The notes under the pieces: generated by a model
The model's database searches: none
Told to the model about the DNA's origin: nothing
Seen by the model: the letters and a program-made list of their open reading frames with translations, nothing else
Assembly (NCBI GenBank): GCA_963726455.1
Contig: CAVSCK010000004.1
Coordinates: 1,824,001 to 1,888,000, forward strand
Source of the DNA: an uncultured bacterium
GTDB taxonomy: Bacteria; Zixibacteria; MSB-5A5; CAIYYT01
Length of the DNA: 64,000 nt
Reading direction: 5' to 3'
Shown here: in pieces, positions 19,684 through 30,200 of the stretch
Position numbering within the stretch: the first letter of the stretch is position 1
Layout of the letters: each line of letters starts with the position of its first letter
Translations under genes and position numbers: made by a program

Positions 19684-21024
19684 ATGGAAAGAATTCTCAT
19701 CTGGGCTGCGGCCGGACTTATGATACTGGCGATTTTCTTGCCCTATTTCGTTCGCTTTCGCCGCGACCACCGCAAGATGCTGCACCAGAAACTGGAAGCT
19801 CAATCGCTGGGAATAGATCGCGCTAAAGCTCAATACCCGATGATTGACGCCAGATACTGCATCGGCTGCGGCTCCTGTGCCGCCGCTTGTCCGGAAGGCG
19901 ATGTCCTGGGCGTCGTGCACGGAACGGCAACAATCATTAACGGGGAAAGATGTATCGGCCACGGCGCTTGCGAGCGAGTCTGCCCGGTGGGCGCTCTTAA
20001 AGTCGGCTTAGGCGATATCTCGAGCCGTCCCGACATTCCGATCCTCTCTGACGACAACGAAACATCCGTCCCAGGAATGTATATCGCGGGAGAACTGAGC
20101 GGCCTTTCTCTGATCCGCAATGCCATCGATCAGGGCAAGAAGGTCGTAGACGCCATCGCCCAGAATCCCAAAAATTCCTCAAAGAACAGGATGTTTGATG
20201 TGATCATCGTGGGCGCCGGTCCGGCGGGGCTGAGTGCCGCCTTAACAGCTATTAAGAACCGTCTCAGCTATCTGGTGATAGATGAATTCGATGTCGGCGG
20301 GACGATTCTTCATTACCCGCATCGCAAACTGGTCATGACTCAGCCGGTGGAAATCCCTCCCTATGGCTGGCTAACCGAAGAAGAATACTCCAAGGAAACT
20401 CTGCTCGGCATCTGGACTGATATCGTTACCCAGTACGGTATCAAGGTCTGCGCCGGTCAGAAGGTCGCCCAGGTGGTCAAGGAAGACGGTGTATTTGAAG
20501 TACGTACGCAAAACGATACGTATACCTCAAGTTACGTGGTGTTGGCTCTGGGTCGCCGCGGTACGCCACGCAAGTTGGAAGTTGCGGGCGAGGAAATGCC
20601 CAAGGTAATGTATAAGCTGATCGATGCCCGCTCCTATACCAACATGGATTTACTGGTTGTGGGTGGTGGCGACAGCGCAATCGAAGCTGCTGTTGGACTC
20701 TCGCGCCAGCCGGGCAACCGCGTAAGTATCTCGTATCGCAAGAGCAGTTTCTTCCGAGTAAAGAAGAAAAACGAACTCGCCATTACTGAGCTGATTCGTA
20801 AGGGAACCGTCACCCCGATATGGGATTCTGCGGTTCAGGAAGTTAAGGCAAAAAGCGTAGCCCTGAAGACCAAGAACGGCCCCATCGAAATTGCGAATGA
20901 CTTTGTCTTCGTGCTCATTGGTGGCATTCCTCCCTTTGATATGCTCAAACAGATGGGTATCAAATTCGGTGGCGAGCCACACGCTGAAAAGACCCCTGTA
21001 AAGGAACTGGTCAAAGCCAGTTGA
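19684..21024 (+). CDS. Membrane-anchored 4Fe-4S dicluster / FAD-NAD(P)H oxidoreductase (TrxB/YpdA-like fold)
   Basis: N-terminal TM helix; CIGCGSC...CP and CIGHGAC...CP; FAD motif IVGAGPAG; NAD(P) motif VVGGGDSA followed by SYRK. No redox-active CxxC. Confidence 0.85.
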   Translation: MERILIWAAAGLMILAIFLPYFVRFRRDHRKMLHQKLEAQSLGIDRAKAQYPMIDARYCIGCGSCAAACPEGDVLGVVHGTATIINGERCIGHGACERVCPVGALKVGLGDISSRPDIPILSDDNETSVPGMYIAGELSGLSLIRNAIDQGKKVVDAIAQNPKNSSKNRMFDVIIVGAGPAGLSAALTAIKNRLSYLVIDEFDVGGTILHYPHRKLVMTQPVEIPPYGWLTEEEYSKETLLGIWTDIVTQYGIKVCAGQKVAQVVKEDGVFEVRTQNDTYTSSYVVLALGRRGTPRKLEVAGEEMPKVMYKLIDARSYTNMDLLVVGGGDSAIEAAVGLSRQPGNRVSISYRKSSFFRVKKKNELAITELIRKGTVTPIWDSAVQEVKAKSVALKTKNGPIEIANDFVFVLIGGIPPFDMLKQMGIKFGGEPHAEKTPVKELVKAS

Positions 21025-21232
21025 CTTCCATGTAGGCGAGCCGCCCCTATCCGGCGGTATCCTGCCGCCAGAATCGCTGTCAAGTTCCTTGCTTCGTCTA
21101 TAAATCCTGGGCGCAAGCGCAATCCAGACCAATCGACTCCCGTATTCTATCGCCTTTCCATTGGCGCCAAGGCAAACCGCAGTGCCGAATCGACAATTGG
21201 CCTTTCCAGCACGCCCCCAATCGAATTCCCGC

Positions 21233-21262
21233 TTGACTTTTCATTAAACAACTTGATACCTT
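21233..21262 (+). promoter_or_regulatory. Candidate sigma70 promoter for the HYR protein gene
   Basis: TTGACT-N18-TACCTT about 185 nt upstream of the ATG at 21448. Confidence 0.35.
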
Positions 21263-21447
21263 CGTCCACAGCTTAAGTACTGCCGTATGGTCTACTTGTT
21301 TGGGCAGGAATTGAAGTAGCAGAAAGGTCCATATTTATCCGTCGCGGTAGCTCCACGCATTCCGGGAGGAATAGCCGGGGCGAATCGCCGATCATCGGAT
21401 ATTGTCGTCGACAAAAACATCAAATCAAATTTTCAGTGGAGGTAAAC

Positions 21448-24400
21448 ATGAAACGAGCGCTAACACTTTCGCTTCTTGTCTGTGTTTGGGCGTTCACGGC
21501 ATCGACGGCATTGGCAGTGTCGCCGCCGGTAGCCCAATGCCAAAATGTAACTGTTGAAGCCGACGCCAACTGCTCTGCTTCAGCGAGCGTTGACAATGGC
21601 TCATATGATCCCGAAGGCGGCGCTCTGACTATCACTCAGGAGCCGGCGGGACCCTATGCTCTCGGTCAAACCTCAGTCAAGCTGGTAGTAGTTGCTGCCA
21701 GCGGCCTTGCTGATACTTGCGAAGCCGTCGTTACCGTGAATGACACCACCCCTCCGACTGTAACCTGCCCGGCTGACATCCTTGTCGGCAACGATCCCGG
21801 AGAATGCGGAGCGAGTGTCAGCTACCAGATTTCAGCAACCGACAATTGTTCGATTTCCAGCCCTCTTGGTAAGCAAGCCGCGTCCTTCTATCCAGTCGGC
21901 ACGACCATAATCACTCCGGTTGTAACCGATGGTTCCGGAAATGAAGGCACCTGTTCATTCAAGGTCACGGTCAAGGATACTGAGCTGCCGAAGGTAATCT
22001 GTCCGGCAAATATCGAGCAGGGCAATGATCCCGGTATGTGCGGCGCTGTTGTCAACTTCAATGCAGAAGCCACCGATAACTGCCCGGGCGTGAAAGTCAC
22101 AACTAATCCTGTTTCCGGTTCGACGTTCCCCCTTGGAGCCACAACTGTTTGGGCCTTCGCCACCGATGCATCTGGCAACAAGGATAGCTGCTCGTTCACG
22201 GTCACAATAAACGACACCCAGAAACCGGCGGTTGCCTGTCCGGCGCCGATTATTGTCGGCAATGATCCGGGTCAATGCGCTGCCATCGTTAACTACGATG
22301 TTACAGCAACCGACAACTGTGACCCGAATCCCATTGTCGTCTTGTCCGTACCTTCCGGATCGCTCTGGCCGGTCGGCACTCATGATGTGACGGCAATTGC
22401 CACCGATGCCGCCGGGAATGCTGACACCTGCCACTTTACGGTTCAGGTCAACGACACCGAGAAACCGCACGTCACGTGCCCTCCTGATATGCCCACGCAT
22501 AATGATCCCGGTCAGTGTGGCGCGTTTGTCACTTTCGATGTTACCGGCCTTGATAACTGTGCATTTGACAATCAGAATATCGTCGTGACGCCGCCGTCGG
22601 GATCATTCTTCCCGATCGGTCCGACGCAGGTGACGGCTATCGGCACCGACCTTGCAGGTAACGCCGACACTTGCAGCTTCATGGTCACAGTCAGTGACAC
22701 CACCAAACCCCATATTGATCATATCACTGATATCGTGAAAAACAACGATCCGGGACAATGCGGCGCTGTCGTTTCTTTCGACCATAACGCCATCGACAAT
22801 TGCCCAGTCGGACTGGTCGTGGTCGCCACACCTCAATCGGGATCCTTCTTCGCTGTTGGGCCAAGTCAGGTGATTATCACCGCGACCGACGCATCCGGCA
22901 ACGCCGACACCATATACTTCAATGTTACAGTCAACGATGTTGAAAAGCCCGTGGTTACCTGCCCGGCAAACATCGTCGTCGAAGTGGGCGCGAACGACAC
23001 CGGTTCAGTCGTCAATTTTGACGTCCCGGCAACGGACAACTGTCCCGGCCTGCAGGTGATAACGACTCCATTGTCGGGTTCGTTCTTCCGACTCGGTGTG
23101 ACTCCGGTGAAGACGTACGCCATTGACGCACATGCGTTGGTAGACTCGTGCGAATTCCTCGTTGAAGTGAAGAAGGCGCTCAATCCCGGATTACGCGATT
23201 GACGCCCATCCTGACACGCTGTTTGCTACCGAAGGAATTTCGGATTCGATCCTGTATTTCATCGATTTGACTTCGATTGATGGTTTCAGTTTCCCGGTCG
23301 ATTTGTTCTTCTCGGGTGCGCCGACGGGAGTGGTGCTCAATCTGGGAACGGCGTCGTTGACGCCTCCGGGAGCGACGACACTGGGCGGACATACGGGTGT
23401 GAATACTCCGGCGGGTACATACGAGATCACGATATCCGCAGTGTGGCCGGCGAAGGCGGGGCAACATGATACCAAGGTTTACCTTGTTGTGAATCCATGC
23501 ACGGAGACACCGATCCCGACCGTGAGTCAGGAGGTTTTCGATGTCCAGGTGACTGAAGGACAGAATCTTCCCGATGATTCCGTTTGGATCACCAACAGCG
23601 CACTCTGCGGAACACTGTCCTGGCAAGCATCATCGGATGCCGGGTGGCTCGCGCCTGATCCGATCAATGGCCAAGTGGTTGCAGGTAATACTCCGGGCTC
23701 GAAGATGATGTTGAAGTACAACACCTCCACATTATCGCCGGCGATCTACGTTGCCCACGTGACTGTTATCGCCGACAAGAAGACGCCGGGCGCCGTCGTT
23801 ACGGTAACTTTGCACGTAAGTCCGCTGCCGCCAACGGCCTGTGTGTCAGGCACAATCCAGGATACGAATCACAATACAATCGCGGGCGCCACTGTCGAAC
23901 TCTATCTTTCCTATCCTTTCATAGATTTCCCGATCGAAGCAACGACTTCCGCCTCCGACGGTTCGTACGAGTTGTGCTTGCCTCCGGAGAAACCGGCCGC
24001 CTTTTATGTGCGGGCTCACAAACCCGGTTACTATCCTGCCTACACCGGGACCGGCCTTCCCGCCACTGACGTAATACTGACACTGCTTCCCAACGGTGGC
24101 ACCGTCAGACCGACGTACCAGTGGGTAGATCTCTTCTGTAAGTTCAACGCACTATTCGACGGTGTTCCGGTGCCTCCCGGCAGTGTCATTGAGGCCTTCG
24201 ATCCACAGGGCGTCTTGTGCGGCCAGTGGAACGTGACTCAGCATGGCACTTTCGGATTTATGCCGGTCTATCGCGATGATCAGTATACTCCGGCTATCGA
24301 CGAGGGCTGTGACCCCGGCGACCTGATCAGGGTAAAGGTAGACGGACATCTGGTTGCTTCTGTCGCTGACCCCATTCACTGGGGCGAAAATGGTGACCGT

Positions 24401-25604
24401 TACGAATACTGTTTCGACACGCCTCCGCCCATTCCGACCTGTATCGTGCTCAAGCAGGGCTGGAATCTGGTTTCCTGGAATCTCGACACACCGAATGATA
24501 GTATCATGATCCTGGCCAAGGACGTGATGAACAACGTCGACGTCATCCTTGGTTTTGAGCAGGGTGGCTTGACCTATGATCCGATGCTGCCGCAATTCTC
24601 TAGTCTGCTTTACGTCGACCATCTTCATGGTTTCTGGTTCCGCATGAATGCCGAGGATACCCTGTGCGTTGACGGCCCGATGGTGGCCGCGTCCACACCG
24701 ATTAACCTCGAAAAGAACTGGAATCTGGTCAGCTATCTTCCGACCGTTCCCTACTGCGGTTCCGGTCGCGTTGAATTCCATCTGGAACAAGGTCATTGTC
24801 GTGCTTGGCTACGATCAAGCGGCACAGACCTACGATCCGGCATTTCCGCAGTTGGCTACTTTGCTGGAAATGAACAGGTGGTTCGGTTATTGGATCAAGA
24901 CCACCGACGCGGCGACATTGATCTATCCCGAACCGGGCCCGACCTTCGCTAAGACCGTCAGCGACATTTCTGGCACCGGCATTAACAGCCGCGTGGCGAT
25001 CTCAAATAGCTGGGTCAATCTCTACGGTTCGGGCGCCACGCTGAACGGTGACATCCTCCCGGTCGGAGCCGTGATCGAGGCCTTCGACGCCACCGGTACG
25101 CTGGTTGGCGAGACTGTGGTTCGCTCTGCCGGTAAGTTCGGCTTCATGCCGGTCTATGGCGCCGAAACAGTGAACGGTGATGTTGTTGGCAAATCCGCTG
25201 GCAGCACCATCACGCTGAAGGTCAACGGCGAAGCGGCACAGGAAACAGTCACCTGGTCGCAAAACGGTGATCGCATTCGCATCGACAGGTTGACCACGTC
25301 GTCCAAGAATGCGAGCAGTCTGCCGACTACTTTCACGTTGAATCAGAACTATCCGAATCCGTTCAACCCTGAGACCACCATCGACTACTACGTCGCCCAG
25401 GGCAGCCACGTGGAGTTGGCAATCTACAACCTTCTCGGTGACAAGATCAAGACCCTGGTCAGCGGTTACCAAGCGGCAGGCAACTATTCAATCAAGTGGC
25501 GTGCCGATTCCGACGATGGTTCGCTGGTTGCTTCGGGCGTGTACTTCTACAAGTTGACGGCCGGTGATTATACCGATTCGAAGAAAATGACCTTGATGAA
25601 GTAG
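21448..25604 (+). CDS. Large secreted HYR-repeat protein with a FlgD-Ig/T9SS-type C-terminal domain (about 1384 aa), split by frameshifts near 23186 and 24755
   Basis: GGAGG SD plus signal peptide; about 7 HYR-like units (V.DT..P...CP, ATDNC, SGS.FP.G). ORFs 23267-24952 and 24648-25604 continue it, with duplicated GWNLVS and FGFMPVY motifs across the second junction. Ends NQNYPNPFNPETTI...SGVYFYKL...KKMTLMK. Confidence 0.8.
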
Positions 25605-25623
25605 AAACTCTGATTCTGCTAGA

Positions 25624-25658
25624 GAAAAGGCCGGCAGTTCGTAACCGTCGGCCTTTTC
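25624..25658. terminator. Bidirectional Rho-independent terminator
   Basis: GAAAAGGCCG...CGGCCTTTTC between convergent genes. Confidence 0.8.
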
Positions 25659-25682
25659 ATTTCGAAGAGCAAACGTAGTGTG

Positions 25683-26388
25683 CTACGGATAACACGGCCC
25701 GCAGGGTGCCGGACCGCCTGAGAAAATATAGGCGATCAGGTACACACAGTCGCTGATGTCGGTGAAATCATCGCAGTTCACGTCACCGGATAGGGGTGCC
25801 GGAATCGGTGCGGGTCCTTCGCTGAAGATCCATTGGATGATGTACACCACATCGGAGATATCAATCGCATCATCCGCGTTGACATCACCTTTGAACTGGC
25901 AGACTCTTGCCCATCCATCCTGCCGGTCATAGATCAGAACGTTGTTGTTCTCGTCGCGCGCCCGGATCGGCGCCACGAGAATTTGGCTTTCTCCCAAAGC
26001 CACCGGACGAAACCTGATGGTCGCTAAGACTCCCGCCGCCGGATACACTATGGCCGTCGCCGAGCACGGCGCCGTCAATGTACAGCATTCCCGAATCGGG
26101 CGAGAAACTCGTCCAGAAGAATGTCGGCAGTCCGGCGGTCGCCAACAGTGGTCCCTCTGTGATTCGCGACGTATCGGTACGAATCACCGTCGGATCGAAA
26201 CTCACCACCAGCGAAAACGCCTTGAGATGCGTCGAATTAGGACTGACCTCAAGCGTCACGACGACGGAGCTGTCGAATTTGATGCAGGTCGAGTCAGGGG
26301 TGACCGAGATAGTCGGATTTGCAGCCCACGAACTGCCACCGCCAAGGATCAAGAGTGAGACCAGAGCTATGGCAAAGTATCTTATCAC
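25683..26388 (-). CDS. Secreted cohesin-like + dockerin-like protein (about 234 aa), frameshift near 26033
   Basis: ORF 26388-25927 (signal peptide, LKAFSLVVSFDPTVI, SVSGGG) continues as GVLATIRFRP in ORF 26078-25683 if one C of CCC at 26032-26034 is removed. Ends in a duplicated GDVN...DISD.VY.I..IFS.GPAP. Confidence 0.75.
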
Positions 26389-26403
26389 ACGACTCCTTTC
26401 TAC

Positions 26404-27147
26404 TCAAAGGCAGGGGTTGCAGGGTGACGGCCCGCCTCCAAAAATGTAACTGATCAGGTAAACAGCATCGGAGATGTCAATATTGCCGGTACAATCGGCA
26501 TCGCCCGCCAACACGATGGGAAAGGGCGCCGGTCCGCCCCCGAAAATATACTGGATCAGATAAACCACATCCGAAATGTCAATGCCGCCGCTAAAATCGG
26601 CGTCGCCAAAGGTGTAATTCGTCGGACAGACTATGACCAGACCGCTGAGCGAGTCCGTCAGCGCCATCTTGCCGTCGTACCGGTCGCGCATTTCGACGTA
26701 GCGAAAGACCACGGGTGACGCACCGTGCCCCATCGCAACGAACTTCATCCTGACCAGACGACCCGGACCGTTAACGTAGGTCTGATACCCGTATATCGAT
26801 CCCAGCATCTCGAAAGCATATCTTTCGCCGATAACGGGAAAGGTCCGAACCGTATCCTTCCAGAAAAAGAAGGCGCCGCTCGGGCCGGTAAAGAAACTCT
26901 CCCGATTGGCGCTGATCATCTTGATGACGTTGGTATCTACCTCAACGTCGACCAGGAATGACTTGACAAACTTCACGGTATCGATGGCAACGAACAAATC
27001 GAATGTGTCATTAAGCTGAACGATCTTTACTTCGGGGGAAATTAATACATGACCCGTGCTGTCTTGTCCCCATGCCGGAAGCGCAGCGCTTAGTGATAAC
27101 ATCACGAGACATATCACCAGCACCTGCGCAACATATTTGATTTTCAT
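26404..27147 (-). CDS. Secreted cohesin-like + dockerin-like protein
   Basis: Signal peptide; cohesin-like VKSFLVDVEVDTNVI and NGPGRLVRMKFVA; C-terminal duplicated GDAD...IDISD.VYLI.YIFGGGP.P. Confidence 0.75.
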   Translation of the reverse strand: MKIKYVAQVLVICLVMLSLSAALPAWGQDSTGHVLISPEVKIVQLNDTFDLFVAIDTVKFVKSFLVDVEVDTNVIKMISANRESFFTGPSGAFFFWKDTVRTFPVIGERYAFEMLGSIYGYQTYVNGPGRLVRMKFVAMGHGASPVVFRYVEMRDRYDGKMALTDSLSGLVIVCPTNYTFGDADFSGGIDISDVVYLIQYIFGGGPAPFPIVLAGDADCTGNIDISDAVYLISYIFGGGPSPCNPCL

Positions 27148-27161
27148 TGGGTCATTTCCTT

Positions 27162-27198
27162 GGGAATCCGGAAGGGCATTACCCCTCCCGGATCCCCC
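27162..27198 (-). other. Intercistronic GC-rich stem-loop without a U-tract
   Basis: Minus strand GGGGGATCCGGGAGGGG-taat-GCCCTTCCGGATTCCC, directly after the stop of the 1964-aa gene. Confidence 0.55.
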
Positions 27199-27205
27199 GC
27201 AAAAA

Positions 27206-30200
27206 CTACTTCATAAGAGTCATCTTGACGGTCTTCTGGTAGTCCGAAGTCTCGAACCTGTAGAAGTAAATACCGGAAGCGACTTTCTCACCATATGTGT
27301 TGGTGCCGTTCCAGACTACGCGGTGCATACCCGCCGGCTGGTACTCGTTCACCAATTCCTTGACTAGCTGTCCAACCACGTTGTAAATGCGGATGCTGAC
27401 GTCAGTAGCCGTCGGCAGTCCGTAGTTGATGGCGGTTTCCGGGTTGAACGGATTCGGTTGATTTTGCGCAACCTCGTACGTCGCCGGAAGATCTACCATC
27501 GCTGTCGCATCGTGATTAGGAAATGGCACATCCGTCGACAACAGGAACTTGTTGTCCTTGTCGCGGATATCGGCTCTGGTCATCGCCACTTCCACCTTGC
27601 CGGAAACCAGCGGGCGGAAGTTCAATGTGGCAATCAAACCGGAACCGTCGAATGTGCGTCCCGCGCCGAGAACCGCAGTCGACACCGATACCTTGCCGGC
27701 GGAACTGAGTTCTTTGAAGAAGATCGGCGAGGTCGAATTTGCCAGATCAGCACTCTCGGTAGTCGAGAGATACTGCAACCTGTCGGCGCTGAAGCTGATT
27801 TCTCCAATCAACGCCTTCGCCAGATTGTCGCGGTTATCGAGATACAGGTCGACCTGGAATGTGTTGCCGACCATTCTCTCAATCAACCGCAGCGCCGGCT
27901 TCAGCTCTATCGGTGTGCCGGTCAGGATAGGACGATCCTTGGCCGACGGCGTGACGGCGTCGAAGTTGATGGCAAATATCGCCAGATCTTCAAATTCGAC
28001 TCGGCTATCAGTTAGCGGAATTCCTTTGGGACTGTAGTTATGCGTAGGCCCAAAATCCGCCTCGTTGTTGTAACCGGCATCGCCTTGATTAAGGCCATAA
28101 GTCGACGAGAAGGTCATGAGATCGGTAAAATACACCTGGCCGTCATAGGCAGTGGCGACATCGCCAAGCCAGTACGACGTTGATCTCGCGCCGTTAGACG
28201 GCACCGAGAAATTGCCGGCCTTGTCAATTGTGAAGGCCGCATAATGGTAAACGTCTCTGGTGTCGTTGCTCACGTCAAGAACATCGGCATGAGTCACACC
28301 GGTACCACTGTAGACTTCATCACCAGTCAGCGGAGTCGTCGGATACGGACCTTCCGCGTTGGCATCATCGTACTCGGGATATCCGTGTCCGCCCGCATAC
28401 CAGTCAGTGCGCATGATCACGGCGTGATCGAAGTCGCTACTGGCGTTCGTCCAACTCAGATTGACCTTGTTGTGGCCCGGCGTCGCAACCAAACTGGTCG
28501 GCGCTGCCGGTGGCGTGATATCCTTCGTGAAGCACCAAGTGTAGGTGCATGAGTCGGCATTGCCACGACCGTTGTCGTCCATCACCTTGAGGCGAACACA
28601 ATGCTCGGCCTCAGACATCCCGTCAAACCCCGGAACCGTCCATACTGTGTTGTAGGTAGTTCCAGTCAGACCACTGGCGATCGGCAACCAATTGGCTGCC
28701 ACGCAACCGTCGATCTGATAATACAACGCCGAAAGATCGCAATCGTCCGTAGCCGTCAGATTGAGCACCGGAGCGACATTGAAGAATCCGTTGTTCGCCG
28801 GTGAGCTCACGACCACATCCGGATCGGCACAGTCGGCGACGAACGTCGTCGGTGACGCCAGAGGAGCCGGAATCTGATTGTTGGCGCCATCGCGCAGATC
28901 GCCATAGATCATAGCCAACTGATTGGCCGCGCAGACAGAGGTTGAACCGTTCATCGTAATCGTGAACAGGTCTGCCGGACCATCTTGCGAACCTGTGAGT
29001 ACTCCCAGATTGACCTTGAGAGTATCCTTCTCGCCCGCCGCATGATTAGTTTGCGTGAAGGCCACGAAATAATTGGATGATGCGCTGACTACGTCGACGA
29101 CATTCAACTCCGCTGGATATTCAATATGAATATTCGCGGCCTCCAGATCAGTCACGGCTGCGCCAAGCGCGACCGTTACCGTGAAGTCGCCGGAGCAATG
29201 ATATAGAATGTTGTCGGGCGTCATGTTGAGGCCACAATCGCTCGACGGGTTGTTGTCGACGTTCCCTCCGCCACCACCGATGTTATATGGCGGGATGCCG
29301 TTATAATCGCTGTAGCAATTGTTGGCGTAGTAGTTGCCTGCTGTTAAGTCAGAAGCGTTCGTGCCGTTGGCAAAAACATTATACTGGGCGGAAACATATC
29401 CACCTTCGTTGTACATGCCCGTGCCGTTGAAAAGCATCGTGTTCGAAGTGACGTTCGATGTCAGCGTCGCACCCGATTCCTCCCACAACACCAGACCTAC
29501 TTCGAAGTTGGTCAGGCGGTTGCCGGTGGCAGAGAAGTTCAGCACTTCTGGGGCGTACGCATCGGCTTCGAGCCCGTAGCCGCCGCCACCGCCATCAAGG
29601 ATATTGTTGGACGCCAAAGTCGTGATCGACATCGGCGACAGCACTGTGTTCGAACCGGCGCTCTTGGCTGCCAGATCAACGTCGAACGGTTGTGCCTTCG
29701 GCTGACGTCCCGGACCTTGGCCCGGATCGGCCACGATATTCCAATAGCTGGTAATACCGGTTCCTGCCGGGGTCGCGGTCACGGTGTTCTGGTCAATTGT
29801 GCCGCCAACCTGCAGGTAATTGATACCGATTTGGCATTCTTCAATCAGGTTGGACCGTACGAGAATGCCGCCGGTGATCGGGGGATCGTTGTACAACAGG
29901 ACACCCGCCGATGACCAGCCTGGCCCGGTGTAGGAACAGCCAGAGATCTGGTTGTTTACCACAGTACCAAGCGTACCGAAACCAAGTTGCACACCGTTCA
30001 TGGCGATAAACCCGGCCGGGCCGTAGCCATCGATGTTGCAGCCGGCCACGTTACCGGTTGTGTAGGCGCCGTTGATCGTGATGCCGCCTTTTTGGAATCC
30101 GTAGACATGAGAGGCGTTCACGTTCACTATGCGTTGCGGCAATGCCGTCGTGTAGGCATAGAGACCAATACCATGCTGCCCGCCACCGATCGGCGTGTCG

